Assembly: GCF_963921235.1 (NCBI RefSeq)
Contig: NC_086097.1
Location: 56,980,001-57,044,000 of the forward strand
DNA from: Mobula hypostoma
Taxonomy: Eukaryota
DNA length: 64,000 nt
Direction: 5' to 3'
The notes beneath the pieces were generated by a model. The model saw nothing but the letters and a program-made list of their open reading frames with translations, was not told the DNA's origin and ran no database searches. Positions 37,001 to 52,200 of the stretch are shown in pieces. Made by a program: the position numbers and the translations under genes. Within the stretch, counting starts at the first letter, position 1, and the number at the start of each line of letters is the position of its first letter.

Positions 37001-40000
37001 ATGAGAAGAGATTGGATAGGATGAGTTTGTTTTCTTCACAAAGGAATGACCTGATAGGTGTGGAAAGAGTAGATAATTGGAATCCTTTTCCCATTGTAGG
37101 AGTATCAGAAAATAATGCATAGGTTTGGGGGAGGGAGAGAGGAGTTTTAATGGAAATTTAAAGGAAATAAATTTCACAGAGAGTGGATAATACCTGGAAT
37201 GTTGTCAGACAAGATGGTGGAGTCAAATATAATCAGTATGTTTACGAGAGTATAAATATTTAAATAAGCAAAATATAAAAGCAGTTAATGCAGGTAAATG
37301 GATTTAGTGTGTGGGTAAAAAGGCCAGCATGGATGCAGTGTTTTCTGTGTTGTACAACACTTGGAATTTGACCAGTAGCATGAGGATCTTCCAATAAAAT
37401 ATAAATTACTGTAACTATAGGCTGTCTGACTTTTAATAATGGTTGGATTAAGATAGTAAGATACCCATTTTGCAATTGACAATTTACACAAAGGTCTGCT
37501 TTCTGAGATCAATGCTTACTTTGGTTGGAAAATGTATTTAAACAAGATACTAAGCTGTACCAATTTGGCTACTGAATGCATTAACAGTAAACCTCTGGTA
37601 GTTTATGTAACGGACTTTCTTTGTGTTTTCCACATCTCTAGACCAAAACAGAAGGGAATTTGCATGTTCTGTTGATGAATCAGCTGTTTGGTTTATGATG
37701 GCACATCAATTAAATTATCAGTCCGGTAACCCATATCCCACTTTGGCAACTGGAATTTACACTTGGTTACGTCCTTATAATGATGACCATATTGGCAGGG
37801 AAACCAATTCGGTAATTCCTCCTAGAGATAGGAAACTCATGTATTTGGTGTTACCAGTATGTGAGTGGAGACCTATAGTATTTTGAAATCAAGCACATTG
37901 TGCAATTTCACATTTTCCTGACATCATTTTTTTTTGTTGAATGTGGATGTGTAGTTAAACCCCTCTGCGATCTCTATAGCCTGCTTATGTTATCTTGCAT
38001 TTCTACTCTGGGGTCTTTCCTTGAATTCCATACTTCACTGAATTGTGCAGTTACCTTCACCAGAAGGACTGCAGTAGTTGATGAAGATGGCACATCACCA
38101 TCACCTTTGCCAATAGAAATGGGTAGATCCTGCTAGCCTTGCCATTGATGCTTAGTATCTGTAGAATAAACTGTAGTGTATTACTTATTTGATTGTTAAA
38201 CTGTATTCCAGTATCAGCAGAGTCTGATAGCTGTGCAGGATGTTGTAATTGGATTTATAAATACCCTATCAAGTGATAACTTCACAGCACTAGACCAGAT
38301 GCTTTTTTTTAATATGTGATGGTTAATATGTCTATCACTAGGTAGAGGAGGAGCTAGATCCAGAAGAGAGAGACAATTTCTTGCAACAACTCTACAAATT
38401 CATGGAGGATAGAGGTAAGGACTTTTCTTAAAATTGAAGTCAGTATTTGTATTGTGTGTGCATATTTTTAAGTATTAATGGTACAATGTTTTTAATTTTG
38501 TTCAGATAAACAGGTGAAAGTGATGTCAAAAGTACTTTTGTGATTGTAGGGCTTTTTTTGGTTTTCACCTAAGTTTTGTATTTAAGTTTGTAGTTAATTT
38601 GTATACATAACACTGTATTCTAGACCTAAAGGAAGCTTTCAACCCATGCTGCTTTTCAATGATACTATGATATCAGTACCATAAATGTTGATAGTGGATC
38701 CTATCCAATTTTTAAAAATATTTCATTCACCACAAAATAGATTAATTTGCGAAAACTTAGCTGAGTGATGTGCTCAGCTGTGGTTTACCATCAATATACT
38801 TGGACATTATAACCGTGATGTTTGATGTACAGTATGTGAATACTTCCATCACTATAGTTAGAATAAATACCAATATGGTTGATCATATTATGAACTCTTG
38901 GGAACAATATGACAATATGTTTATTTCTTCGTATTCAAAAAATCTTTAAATTGGTAAGCAATTGTATTATATTTTCCAGGAACACCTATCAATAAACCAC
39001 CAGTACTAGGCTACAAAGACCTGAATCTTTTCAAACTCTTCAGACTGGTGTATCAACATGGTGGATGTGACAATGTGAGTTCAATTTAATTTTACAGTGC
39101 CTTGAAAAAGTATTCGGCCCCCACAACTATTTTCACATTTTACTGTCTCATTTTCTTAATTTAAAATATATTGAAGTGAGAATATTTGAACTAATTTCAA
39201 AACATTGTGCATCATGTCAAATCAAAAGAAAAATTCCAAAACCTGTCATCAGTTTACTAAAAATTGAAATCCAAAATTGTGTGGCTGAAAAAATATTAAT
39301 TCTGTTTGTAATTACAAGCTAATTTTTCTCAGGTGCAGTATGTGTATTAGATAAACAACTCACCCGATCTGTTGATGTAGAAAGTTGGAGGATGACCTGT
39401 TTTTCAATGAGTTTGTAAGAATAAGTACCCCTTCTCTCTGTAAGCTCTGTATGATAGATTTTCAACAAACAAAACCAAAAGGAAGACAAAAGTGTATTGC
39501 AAGTCAGGGAAATGATAATAGAGAAGCACAGATCAAGGGAATGTACAAGACCATCTCAAAGGCATTGAACATATCTGGGAGCTCAGTGCAGTCCATCGTG
39601 AAAAAGTGGAAAAAATATGAAACCACAGCCGCACTGTTTAGGTAAGGCCATCCCTCTAAACTTAGTCGCCAGAGAAGAATGGCACTTGTAAGAGAGGCTA
39701 CGATGATGCCAACAATCACTGTGTGTGAGCCACAGAAGTCAGTGGCTGCAACTGGAGATGAATTTCATAGCTCCACAATCACTAAGGCGTTGCACGAAAA
39801 GAGTTTTTATGGGAAAGTGGCAAGGTAGAAGCCATGGCTTTAAAAAAACATACCCACTGCCCATAAAGACTTTGCAAAACGTCACTTAGAAGATACTGTA
39901 AATATGTGGAAGAAGGGCTTATGGTCGGCTGAGACTAAGTGGAACCTTTTTGTCTTAACACTAAGCAATACGTGTGGCATAAATCTAATAGTATCAGCCA

Positions 40001-43000
40001 GATAATAACATCCCTATTGTAAAGCATGGTGGGGGTATCATCACGCTATGGGGATGCTTTTCAGCAGCAGGGACTGGAAATCTGGTCAGGGTTGATGCTG
40101 GTAAATACAGAGAAATCCTGGATTAAAAACCTGCTAGCCTCTGCCAGAAAGCTGCAACTGGGGAGGAAGTTTCTCTTTTAGCAGGGCAACAGCCCTAAGA
40201 ACACTGCCAGACCATCCATGCGGTGGCTTGAAATGGAGAGAATTGATGTCCTTATGTCAAGAGTCCTGATCTTAACCGATGAAACATCTTCGGCAAGACC
40301 TCAAGATTGCTGTCCACTGCTGCTCGCCAACTAACCTGGCACAGTTTGAACAATTTTGCAAGAAGGAATGGGCAAATCTTGCTTCATCACATTGTACAAA
40401 GCTAATAGAGATTTATCCAAAAAGATGAATGGCTGTAATAGTTGGTTCAAGTAAGTACTGTGGAAATGGGCGGGGGGGGGGTGAATACTTAACTGCAGAC
40501 ATTTAAGTTTTTGAATTTTTAGTTTTTCGTGCTTTACAAGTATCAGTTTTTTTGGGGCTGTACTGTGAAATAGCATGTGATTCACAAATAAAAATTCTCA
40601 GTTAAATTGTTCAAGATCTCTAGTTGTAATACTCATGTGAACAAAGGTTTGGGGGCTGAATACTTTTACAAGGCACTGTACTTACTCAACTGAAAATGTA
40701 CAGCTATATTATTGAACTCCAGATATTGAAGATGATTTTTACTTTTAAAAATAGCTATATTTTATTCTACTTTCGACAATATTTTGTATTCTACATTATA
40801 TAGAATTATTAAAATAGTAGTTGCAGTTTACCAGCTAATGGCTAAATTTTCACTTTTTAAAAAGTATGTCGTGTTGTGAGCTCTGTCTAATGTTCTATTT
40901 CTATTTATTTGAATTATGTGTGAATGCCTTAATACCAAATCATGTCAGCTGTAATCCTTAGCTACATACACTGACACATAGATATGAATAACGGAAGTCT
41001 CGTTCCATTTAGTTGGGCTTCGTGTGATCTTGAGGGTTGTCAGGAGCTCTGAGTGATGAAATACAAAATTTTTTTGGATTATTCCATTGATTTCACTCTG
41101 TATTTTATAAAAGCCATCCTGGGAGAAAACTATAACAATACAAGTCTTAAATCTGCCAGAGTTTAAAGGGTTGAATCTTACTCGTTTGTTGCATGCACAT
41201 GCTTTTCATAAACACAAACTAGAATTTTGATTGTTTGTAAAATTTCATGTTCATATCAAAGAAGCCGCAGAATATGGAAATCTTAAACAGAAAATTTTGG
41301 AAACATTCAGCTGGCCAGGCAATATCCATTGAAAGAGAATTCACATGTCAGGTGTGAAATTCTTCATTAGAAAGGTTGAGCTTGAAATATTTACTCTGTT
41401 TCTATTTTGTCAGATACTGCCTGATCTGCTAAGTACTTCTAGTATTTTTGGTTTTCGTTTAGATAATACATGTTATGTTTCATCCTTTTATAAGTATAAC
41501 AAAAAGAGATAGACTAATAAAGGCTGTCTAGAGAAACTGCTCCGTAACGCATTGTTGATTAATAATTTTTTTTTTCATTTAGAGATATGGCTACACTGAC
41601 ACTGTTTTATCCAAATTTGTATTTTGTTAGTGCAGTCTTCAGATAATGTATATAAACTAGACAGGAAATATATTTAATGAATAGACATATGCCAATATTT
41701 GGTGTTAATGTTTTCAGTGTCTTACCCCAAAGATTATATTTATGACATAATTTAATTGGACACATTGCATCTTGGTTCACTGTTTTAGTTTTGCCCACAC
41801 TTACAGACAGCAGTTAACAAATTCAGTACTGATAATGTTAACATTCTGATTTTTTGTGGACCAAGCTGTCTGTTCAGTACAACTTTTGGCTGTTTGCAAC
41901 TATCTTGCTCTGCTTTATTTTATTGAGCAAACGCTTTTCTGTTTAATTAATTTGACTCTGATGACCTTCCTTATAATGATTCAGAAATTTGATGTTTTTA
42001 GCTCTTTAGCGTAGTATTTTAACAGATAACAATAAGAGTAATCATGGAAATAAAGCACACACAAATGTCATAACATCTGTCCATTGCTTTTTTTTTGCCC
42101 TTAGCAACAAATACAAAAATCTCATCACTAGCATGAACTGCAAATGCAAGTGCTGCCTGGTTCCTGTTCTGCTCTGCTTGCACTTCAGGACACCAGAAAG
42201 TGATGGATTACCTAAAGCTAATGATAAAAGATTTCATAAATCAATACCCTCAATAAAATTTCATTCACCAGTAATAGTTCCCCACATTTTCATTTTTTTT
42301 TTAAACTATACGTGTATATCAAATGATGAGGGGTCTGGACCAAGAGGAAAATGGGAAGCATTTTCTTTTTGGTTGAAAACTAGTGGTTACTGTTAGAAAA
42401 TAAAGGAGAAAAGAATAAAGAATTACATGAGGAAACACTTTTCATGTAAGGTTTGGTTGGTATCTGTGGTGCACTGCTTACTCACTGTGGCCTTCAAAAG
42501 GGAATTAGGTGAATATGATGGACAAAACATTGCAAGGCCATAGAGAAACAGTTAGTAAGTGGAACTAGAGAGTTGTTCTGGTGGTGACGACATTGACATG
42601 AAGAGCTGAATGGTCTCCAGTACCATCAAAACCACTCTTTGAAATCTCACAGTTCGCTATGCCTCCCAAGTTTGTGTTATCTGGGGATACAGCCGATAGT
42701 GTCCTGGGTGCCAAAGCCCAAATCATCAAAATCAAGCACAGTAGTAGTTCTAATACAGATCCATTGGGAGCCTTGCATTGTTTTCCAATCTGGAAGTTAC
42801 TCTGTGCTGTTAGTTTTTTTAGTTCATGAAGCCAGTTTTCTAACTGTCTTGGTGCTGCCCCTTTTATTCCATAGGCGCCTTCTGAAAAAAAAAATATATA
42901 TACTTTTTAAACATCTTCCTTTGCTGAGATTCCAGCAGCATAATTTCCTATGGTATCTCAGCCATATTCTCTCCCCTATGAATAAATTTCCATTTTAGTC

Positions 43001-46000
43001 TTAATTTGTTTCCTCACCACTCTTTTCCTATTCATGCGCCTATGGAATATTTTTGAATTCTCTTTCATGTTGGTGCTAGTCTTCTCATGTTCTGTTTTCC
43101 TTCGTTATTTTTAAATCTTCTTTGAACATTCTATGATCAGCATGGTTTTCATGTAACATCTATCATATTTTTAGCTCTGCCCTTCTGATTATACAAAATT
43201 GGGACTTCATTCCTTCATACATAGAAGATTGAGAGAAGATTTGATGGAGATATACAGAATTATGAGGGGTGTAGACAGGGTAAATGCAAGCCGGCTTTTT
43301 CCACTGAGGTTGAGTGGGACCACCACCAGAGGTCATGGGTTAAAGGCGAAACATTTAAGGAGAACATGAGCAGAAACTTCTTCACTCAGAGGGTTGTGAG
43401 AGTGTGGAATGAGCTACCAGTGCAACTGGTGCATGTGAGCTCGATTTCCGTGTTTAAGAGAAGTTTGGAAAAGTACATGGATGGTAGAGGCATAGAGGGT
43501 TATGGTCCGGGTGGAGGCCAATGGGAGTAGGCAGTTTAAGTGGTTTGGCACAAACTAGATGGACTGAAAGGCCTGGTTCTGTGCTGACTTTTCGGACTCT
43601 AAAGAGCTCAAACTTTAACTTACCTACTCTTTTCTATCACAGGAAATATCTGAGCTATACCCAAAACATCTTTCACTTAAAGGCTTCTTGTTTAGTAACA
43701 TCTTTGTCTTCAACCTTTGTTTCCAGTTTATCCAGGTTGTTCTCATCCCAACTAATATGGCCTTTTGCTTTACCCTGGAGTAGTTTACAGTGGTGCTAGA
43801 AAGTTTGTGAACTTCTGAGAATTTTCTCTATTTCTGCACAAATGTGACCTGAAGTGTGATCAGGTCTTCATGTCAGTCCTAAAACTAGATAAAGAGAACC
43901 AATTAAATAAGTTATGCAAACAACCATTATACTTATTTATTTATTGAGAAAAATGATCCAATATTACTTGTATTTGTTGGAAAAAGTATGCGAGTCTTTA
44001 CTTTCAGTAACTGGTGTGACCCCCTTGTACAGCAATAACTTCAACCAAATGTTTCCGGTGACTGTTGATCAGCTTGGAGGAATTTTAGGCCATTCCTCAC
44101 AAAACTGCTTCAACTCCAGGATGTTGGTGGGCTTCCTTGCGTGAACTGCTTGCTTCAGGTCCTTCCGCAACATTTCTATAGGATTAAGGTCAGGACTTCG
44201 GTTAGGCTATTCCAAAATGTGAAATTTCTTTGTTTTAACCATTTTTTGCTAGGCTGACTTGTGTGTCTAGGGTTGATATCTTGCTGCATGACTCACTTTC
44301 TCTTAAGCTTCAGTTCACGGATAGATATCCTGACATTTTCTTGTAGAATTTGAAGATATAATTCAGAATTCATCGTTCCATCTATGATGGCAAGCCATCT
44401 TGGTCCCGAAGCAGCAAAGCAGGCCCAAACCATATCTCTGCCACCACCATGTTTATTAGATGAGGTTCTTATGCTGAAATGCAGTGTTTGTTTTTGCCAA
44501 ACAATGCTTCTCATTTAAATAAAAAAGTTCTACTTTGGACTGATCTGTCCACAGAACATTCTTCCAATAACCTTCTGGCTTATCCATGTGGTTTTTAGGA
44601 AACTTTAGACAGGCAGCAATGTTCTTGGAGAGTAGTGGCTTTCTCCTTGCAATCCTGCCATGCACACCATTGTTGTTCAGTGTTTGCCCGATGGTAGACT
44701 ACTGAACACTGACATTAGCCAATGCAAGAGTGGCCTGTAGCTCCTTAGATATTATCCTGGGGTTCTTCATGACCTCCTGGAATATTACACACCTTGCTCT
44801 TGGAGTGATTTTTGTTGGTTGACCTCTCCTGGGGAGAGTAACAATGGTGTTGAATTTCTTCCATTTGTACACTATCTGCCTGACTGGATTGGTGGAGCCC
44901 AAGCTCTAGAAATGTGGTTTATATTCTTTTCCAGCCTGGAAAGCATCAAGAACTTTTTTTTCTGAGGTCCTCAGAAATCTCATTTGATTGAGACATGGCA
45001 CACTTCCAAAAACCTGTGTGATGAAGGTCAGACTTCGATAGTGAAGATCCAGGTTTATGTTCTTTAAGTAGGGCAGGGCCTCCCACACTCAACTTGATTG
45101 TCATCCCTGAAACACCTGACTCTAATTTTCCCTTTAAGTGAACTGATAATCCTAGAAGTTTGCATACTTTTTCCAACAAATACATGTAATATTGGATCAC
45201 TTTTCTCAGTAAATGAACAAGTATAATTTTTCTGTGTTATTTATTCAATTAGGTTCTCTTAATCTAGTTTTAGAACTTAAATGTGAAGATGTGATCACAT
45301 TTTAGGTCATATTTATGCAGATATAGAAATTCTAAATGTTTCACAAACTTTCTAGCACCAGTGTATATATTTATTTACATAATTATGCTAAATCCTGTTC
45401 ATTACAATCACCATGTCTTAGCAGTTTCCCCTCTTGGTACCTGTTTCTTTTGGCCTGCCTCATTTCCCAGAACAAAGTCAGGCAATGCAGCCTTTATTTT
45501 TGGGAACAGAAGCATACGGAACATTCACCTGAAAGTTCTTCAGAAGCCCCTTTCTGTTTTTGCCTGTTATGTTATTGCTTCAGCAAATTACTTCTTCATC
45601 ATTGTTCTAGCTGTGCCATTTTCTTCACCTTGAACTTTGTTACTTGAACGCTTTTTGTGCCAAGTCCTACAAATGAAGTTTTAAAATGAACTAGTGTGCT
45701 GCCTAGTTAATTTTGGCAAAAGAAGTGATACACTGACTTACTGGTCCATTAGTATACTGTGGTGTGGAGTGTGAAAGTGACGATAGTTGTCAGTTCAAGT
45801 GAATCACTCTGTTAACTAAGAGTGATTAAGTCATCAATAGAATATTTGTATAAAGCTCTTTGTGTACTCATGACACTTCTTGTTTATTGAAATCATTTTA
45901 GCTGAAAGTGCTTTTGCAATTTTTTTCCCTAATCTACATGTTTTAAAACTTGTATGCAAGATTTCTTTGTATACAGTTTCAGATTGTATACTTGGAAACT

Positions 46001-49000
46001 TGGGCATATATATGTTTGCACTAACATTAAGAGTTCTTGGTAATATTTAAATAACAAATCCTTGAGCAATATTACCTCTGATATAAAAACAAAAAAATGC
46101 TGGAAGCATCTAGCCACATCTGGGAAAATAGAAAAGAGAGTTAATGTTTCAGGTCAAAGACTTTTTGCTGAAACTTTATTTCCAATTGACTAGAGTCGTG
46201 TGATTGCTTGTACTGGTGTAGAAAATTAGATTGATTAACTATTTTAGATTTTGACTGTTGATGAAAGATATATGCAATACAGCCATTAAGTTCTGCTTAT
46301 TTCTGCAGATTGACAGTGGTTCTGTATGGAAGCAAATCTACATGGACCTCGGTATTCCAATTCTGAACACTGCTGCATCTTATAATGTGAAAACAGCATA
46401 TAAGAAGTAAGTGGTATCGATGGACCTAAGTTTTCCATGTAAAGTATGGTTCAGTTATTGGCTTTCCTTTAATGTACAAATTAAAGCATTTGTGGTTCTC
46501 ATGCACCATTTGCACTTATATTGTCCTCACCAATACTGCTGTAAACCTTGGGATGATAGGGTGATAGTGGTAGTAAAATAGTTGAAAAGGAGGATCACAA
46601 CAAAGACAAGCATAACTGCAAATGAACTTACTTGAAGCAACACATAATTACAGAACAAATCGTGCTGTTGTGGTCTGATTTGCATTGTGCCGACTTCCCA
46701 AACAACACATTCTTTAGAGCTTGCTTTAAGTTTGGTTCTGTTAAAACTAAATACCATTATCTACACTTAACACTCAGCAAGATGGTCTTGATCAATAAGC
46801 AGAATCACAAATATTTTTGCGATTTCTTAAGTTGCATTTTGATGATATGAATAATGTAACACTTCAATTTATATCTTTGACCAGAAGGACCCTAATGGGA
46901 GGTAATTTTTGTGCTTAAACTCGCATATTATGCTAAGAACCTCTTCCAAGGAAAATGACATCAAGGGGAGAATAGACGAATACAATAAGTAGTTCCTTTG
47001 CTTTTTTAAAAATGTTTCTCCAGTGCTTTATGAGTCCTCTTTAGTACTGTTGCATAATATTTGGATGGCTATTTAAACACCAGTTTTCCTAAGCTCTACT
47101 TCTTACCATGGGATTATTATTTTCTTGTGCTGATAATAGATAATTCGGTTACAAATGAAAAAGGAACAGTAACCGCATAAACATAACTACTACTACAACA
47201 ACTCTTTTTTAAAAAAAAATGTTTTGAGGCTCCTTCCATAAAAGGTGCCTTTAGCAATATGTTCTGATTTTAAGGGTTGACCATTACATATTCCTGAAGA
47301 GGAAAGTAGACTATGGCATAATCTATAAACGCTAAGCATTTTTAGAAACAATGTATAGCGCCTTTTATGTCCCAAAGCTCTTTACAAACTGAAGTGTTTG
47401 CAACTATCAGCATGAGGTACTAAATGGATGAGCCTTCTCTGCCTCCTCCTGAAGTCCTTATCATCACGGATGCCAGTCTTCAGTCAATTCGTTTCACCCC
47501 ACATGACATCCGAGAAACGGCTCAGCAAAGGCCATGTGTCCTGACAGCATCCTGGCTGTAGTGCTGAAAACCTGTATTCAAGAACTAGCCACACCCCTAA
47601 GTTAGCTGTTCAAGTACAACTAAAACACTGGCATCCACCTGACAATGTGGAAATTTGACCAGGTATGTCCTGTCCACAAAAAACAGGACAAATCCAACCT
47701 AACCAATCACTGCCCTCTTAGCCTGCGCCCAGTTGTTAGCAAAATCATGTTAGTTGAAATGATGTGAGTAAAATTCTCACCGCTGATTTTCTTCCCAGTG
47801 CTCATTTAGGTTAATGGGACCACTTGGTTCCTGGCCTCATTACAGTCTTGGATACAAGGATTGAATTCTGGAGCCAACATAAGGGTGACTGCTCTTGATA
47901 TCAAGACAGCACTTGATTAGAGGCAGTGCTAAGGAACCCTACTGATAGTATTATCAGTGAGGAACAGAGTGAAAATCCTGGAATCATACATAGCAGAATG
48001 GAAGATGGTTATGGTTTTTGCAGGCTAGTCTTCAAAGCTGCCAGAACATAGTCCTTGTGGCAGCATCCTTGGCTGAAGTATCTTCGACAAGTTCATTAGT
48101 GACTTGATTTTCTGTCAGAAGTGAAACTGATTGTAGCTTGAAAATGTCCATCTCAAGGAAGAGAACCTAGTATTTTTTAGTAACTTGATGTTTTGTGGCA
48201 TTGCTGCTGCTGTGTTCCTCTTTAGCAGTATTCTGCAATCCACCATCAGCCAGATTGGGCTAGTCAATTAAGTCATGTCTACAAGAGCAGGTTAGAAGCT
48301 GAATGTTCTGTGCTACATTGCTTATCTAATGATTCCTCAAATTATTTACAAGGCTTCATTTCTTAGGTGGGCACAGTTGCAAAAATAGAAATTTGACATT
48401 ATGGAAGATAAAGCACTTGGTTGCTTACGGGTGTCTCAGCATCTGTCCTGGTCATGGATTTGGACTGCAACAATGTTTCTATCCTTCCCACCCCTGCCCC
48501 AGCCCCCGCCCCCCCCAGAAAGCAACAACTTTCCTTGGTTAGTAAGTCAGTGGCAGTAAGATGATGGGATCATCAAGTTTCCTGCCAAGTCTTTCAGCAT
48601 CTTGACTTGGACTAGTGTTCCTTTCTGTGATTTTTTGCTATGTTAAAATTCTAAAATTTCCAGAGAGCATTGTGGAAATAACAGCAGCTTATGTAAAGAA
48701 CCGCCATAGTCTTCACCATCTAGGGATCAGCAAAATGCCTTGCCAATGATGCCCATGTTGTGAAACTAATTATTAAGGAATTAAAAGATTGAAGGTAGTA
48801 ATTGTAACTTTGAAATCAGGCCAGTGAATGGATGTGACAAAAACAATGACTTTAAATTGTTTGCATTTATGGATCCTTGGAGTACAGAATGTGTGAACTG
48901 ATTTTTTTTTATGCAAAGCTAGAATGTGCCCTAATATTAAGACATTTATCAAGATCTTAAGGCATTATAAGACTCATTTGAGAAGTAGACGTGAATAGTT

Positions 49001-49177
49001 TATGTATTGTTCACAATTTATCACCACAGTCACACATTGCTGAGTTACTATCATCTTAGTCGTATTGCATTATATTAAATTATCAGTAATAATTCATTGT
49101 AGAGGATTGCTGATGGTTCAGAAGCTGCAGCTAGAAGATATTGAATTTAGTATCCTATGGATGCATTCCTTGGGGGA

Positions 49178-49233
<56 letters not shown>

Positions 49234-52200
49234 GTGTATGTATATTAAATAGTTAGATTAAAAATAGTGCAAAACAGAAATAATATATATTTTTAAAAAG
49301 TGAGGTAGTATTCATGGGTTCAATGTCCATTTAGGAATCGGATGGCAGAAGGGAAGAAGCTGTACCTGAATCGCTGAGTGTATGCCTTCAGGCTTCTCTA
49401 CCCCCTTCCTGATGGCAACAATGAAAAGAGGGCATGTCCTCGGTGATGGGTGTCTTTAATGATGGACGCTGCCTTTTTAAGGAACTGCTCCTTGAAGATG
49501 TCTTGGATACTATGGAGGCCGGTACCCAAGATGGAACTGACTAATTTTACAGCTTTCTGTAGCTTCTTTCGATCCTGTACAGTCGTTCCCTCCCCCCGCC
49601 GCCCCCCCCATACCAGACAGTGATGCAGCCTGTCAGAATACTCTCCACAGTACATCTGTAGAAGCTTTCAAGTGTTTTAGGTGACAAACTGAATCTCTTG
49701 AAACTCCTAATCAAATATAGTCGCTGTCTTGCGTTCTTTATAGCTTCAGGTTAGATCCTCAAAGATCTTGATACCCAGGAACTTGAAATTGCTTGCTTTC
49801 TCCACTTCTGATCTCTTTGAGGATTGGTTTGTGTTCCCTTGACTTGCCCTTCCTAAAGTCCACAATCATCTCCTTCGTTTTACTGATATTGAGTACAAGG
49901 TTGTTGCTGCGACACCACTCAACTAGCTGGTATATCTCGCTGTTGTACGCCCTCTCATCTCCATCTGAGATTCTACCAACAATTGTATCATCAGCAAGTT
50001 TATAGATGGTGTTTGAGCTATACCTAGCCACACAGTCATGGATAATAGAGGGAGTAGAGCAGTGGGCGAAGCACACATCCCTGAGGTGTGCCAGTGTTGA
50101 TTGTCAGTGAGGAGGAGATATTATTACCAATCCGCACAGATTGTGGTGTTCTGGTTAAGAAGTCAAAAGATCCAGTTGCAGATGCAGGTGGAGAGGTCCA
50201 GGTACTGTAGCTTACTGATCAGGACTGTGGGGATGATGATGTTAAACACTGAGCTATAGTCAACAAGCTGCATTCTTACATTAGGTGTTTGTATTGTCCA
50301 GGTGATCTAAAGCCGTGTGAAGAGCCATTGACATTGCATCTGCCGTAGACCTATTGTGGTGATAAGCAAATTGCAGTGGGTCCAGGCCCTTGCTGAGGCA
50401 GGAGTTGATTTTTGTCATGATCAACCTCTCAAAGTATTTCATCACTGTAGATGTGAGTGCTACTGGGTGATAGTCATCAAGGCAGCTCACACTACTCTTC
50501 TTACTTTTTAGCTAGCACTTACTGAAATGTTCTTCTATTTGAGCATATTCTGCTCAATTGCAGCTACTTATCTGATTTTCTAAGTAATCAATAGGGGACA
50601 AGAAAATAATAAAATGAAGCCATGACATAAGCATTTTTGACAGATCTTCGTGAGTTCAGCATTGTTTTACTAACTTGCCAAATCTAAATTCTAATACCTT
50701 CTGATTTCCTTCCATTTACATGTCCTAAGTTTGTCTTGTATTCCTTGCATTTCTTGTGACTGAAAATATATTTAGATCCACCACTGTAATGAATGTTCAA
50801 AATAAAAGCTATATTCAATCTCATGTGGAAATGCACTGCTGGACATACCATCCATCAAGGTCTCATCTGTTCTCTCAGGTGAATGAGAAAGATCCATGAC
50901 ATTATTTTGAAGAGCAGGGGGGCATCGCTGGTTTTCTAAGCCAATATTTACCATCACTCAATACACCTAAAACAAGTAATCTGACTATTATCTTAATACT
51001 GTTGACAGGTAAACACCATGCACAATTTTGTTGATGTGTTTCCAACATTGTAATAGTAATTACATTTTTAAAGTACTTCCTGGGCTGTAAATTGCTTTGA
51101 GATAATGTGAAGGGATATTTCTCAGGCAGTGTACTGGGAATAAAAAGGTGTAATGTATAATGAACTTGAACATTTTACTCAGTGTAAATTAAAGGTTGGA
51201 ACATAGTTGTGAAGGTAGGACTGAAGCAGCACTATAATAAAGTAATTGTAATTATTGCTCTTGACATAGAGAATTATTAGGAAATGTGAGCATGATGGAA
51301 AATCTGAATGAAGTGAATGAAGCAAGTTCAAGAGCTTCATTCTCAATCATGGGTGTTCTTCATGGCATTGCTTACAAATGACTGACTTGTGGAGAAATCT
51401 GTTCTCAGCAATGGAACCCTTTGAAAACCTGTACTATTCTCAACAATCTGTCATTGCTTCATACTATATTAAATTAAATTGTTGAAAAATTAAGGAAGCA
51501 TGAGATTGTAAGCAAGAAGATTACCTACTGGATGCATGAATTTGGAAATTACACTTCTAACAAGTTGTGGAGGTAAAAAGTAAAATCCCATGTAATGAGC
51601 TCAAATTCCAGAAAAGGATTGGCAAGGATGTGTGATCTTGTCTTTGACACCAGTATGCTCAAATTAGTGTTGATATCTTAATCTACTTTAGCACTTTTGC
51701 TGTTGAGGAAGCAAAATGATTTTATCTGATAAGTTTGTTTCAACTTCCACTCTTTCCCTTCAGATTCAGGGTAAGTCATAGTCATGCTCCATGGAGTGAA
51801 CTCTTTGGTCCAGTGTGTTGTTGCCCACCATTAAGTACCAATCAATACAAATCCTATTTGCCAATACTTGGCTTGAAATCTTGTATGCCATTCATATTCA
51901 GGCTCTTTTTAAAATACCCACCTATTTGGGAAGTGTGTTCCAGATTCCAACTACCCTCTGCATCAGCAAGTTATCTCTAGGATCCTCTGTGCCTTCTAGT
52001 TTTAAGCCGTAATAAAAGCTTCCCACTATCTATACTGTCTCTGCTGCTCAGAATTTTGCATATCACTTTCAGGTCTACCATCAGCCTCCTCTGCTTCCAA
52101 GAAAATAGCTTAGCAAGCATTTCCTTTATACTGAAATATTCCACACCAGGAAACATTGATAAATCTTGTCTTTGCTTTTCTGACAGTGTGATGTCAGAAC

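Noticed and set aside
48487..48516. Five C-tracts (G-quadruplex/i-motif potential)
   Set aside because: Looks like a local slippage expansion inside a decayed LINE; no evidence of function.
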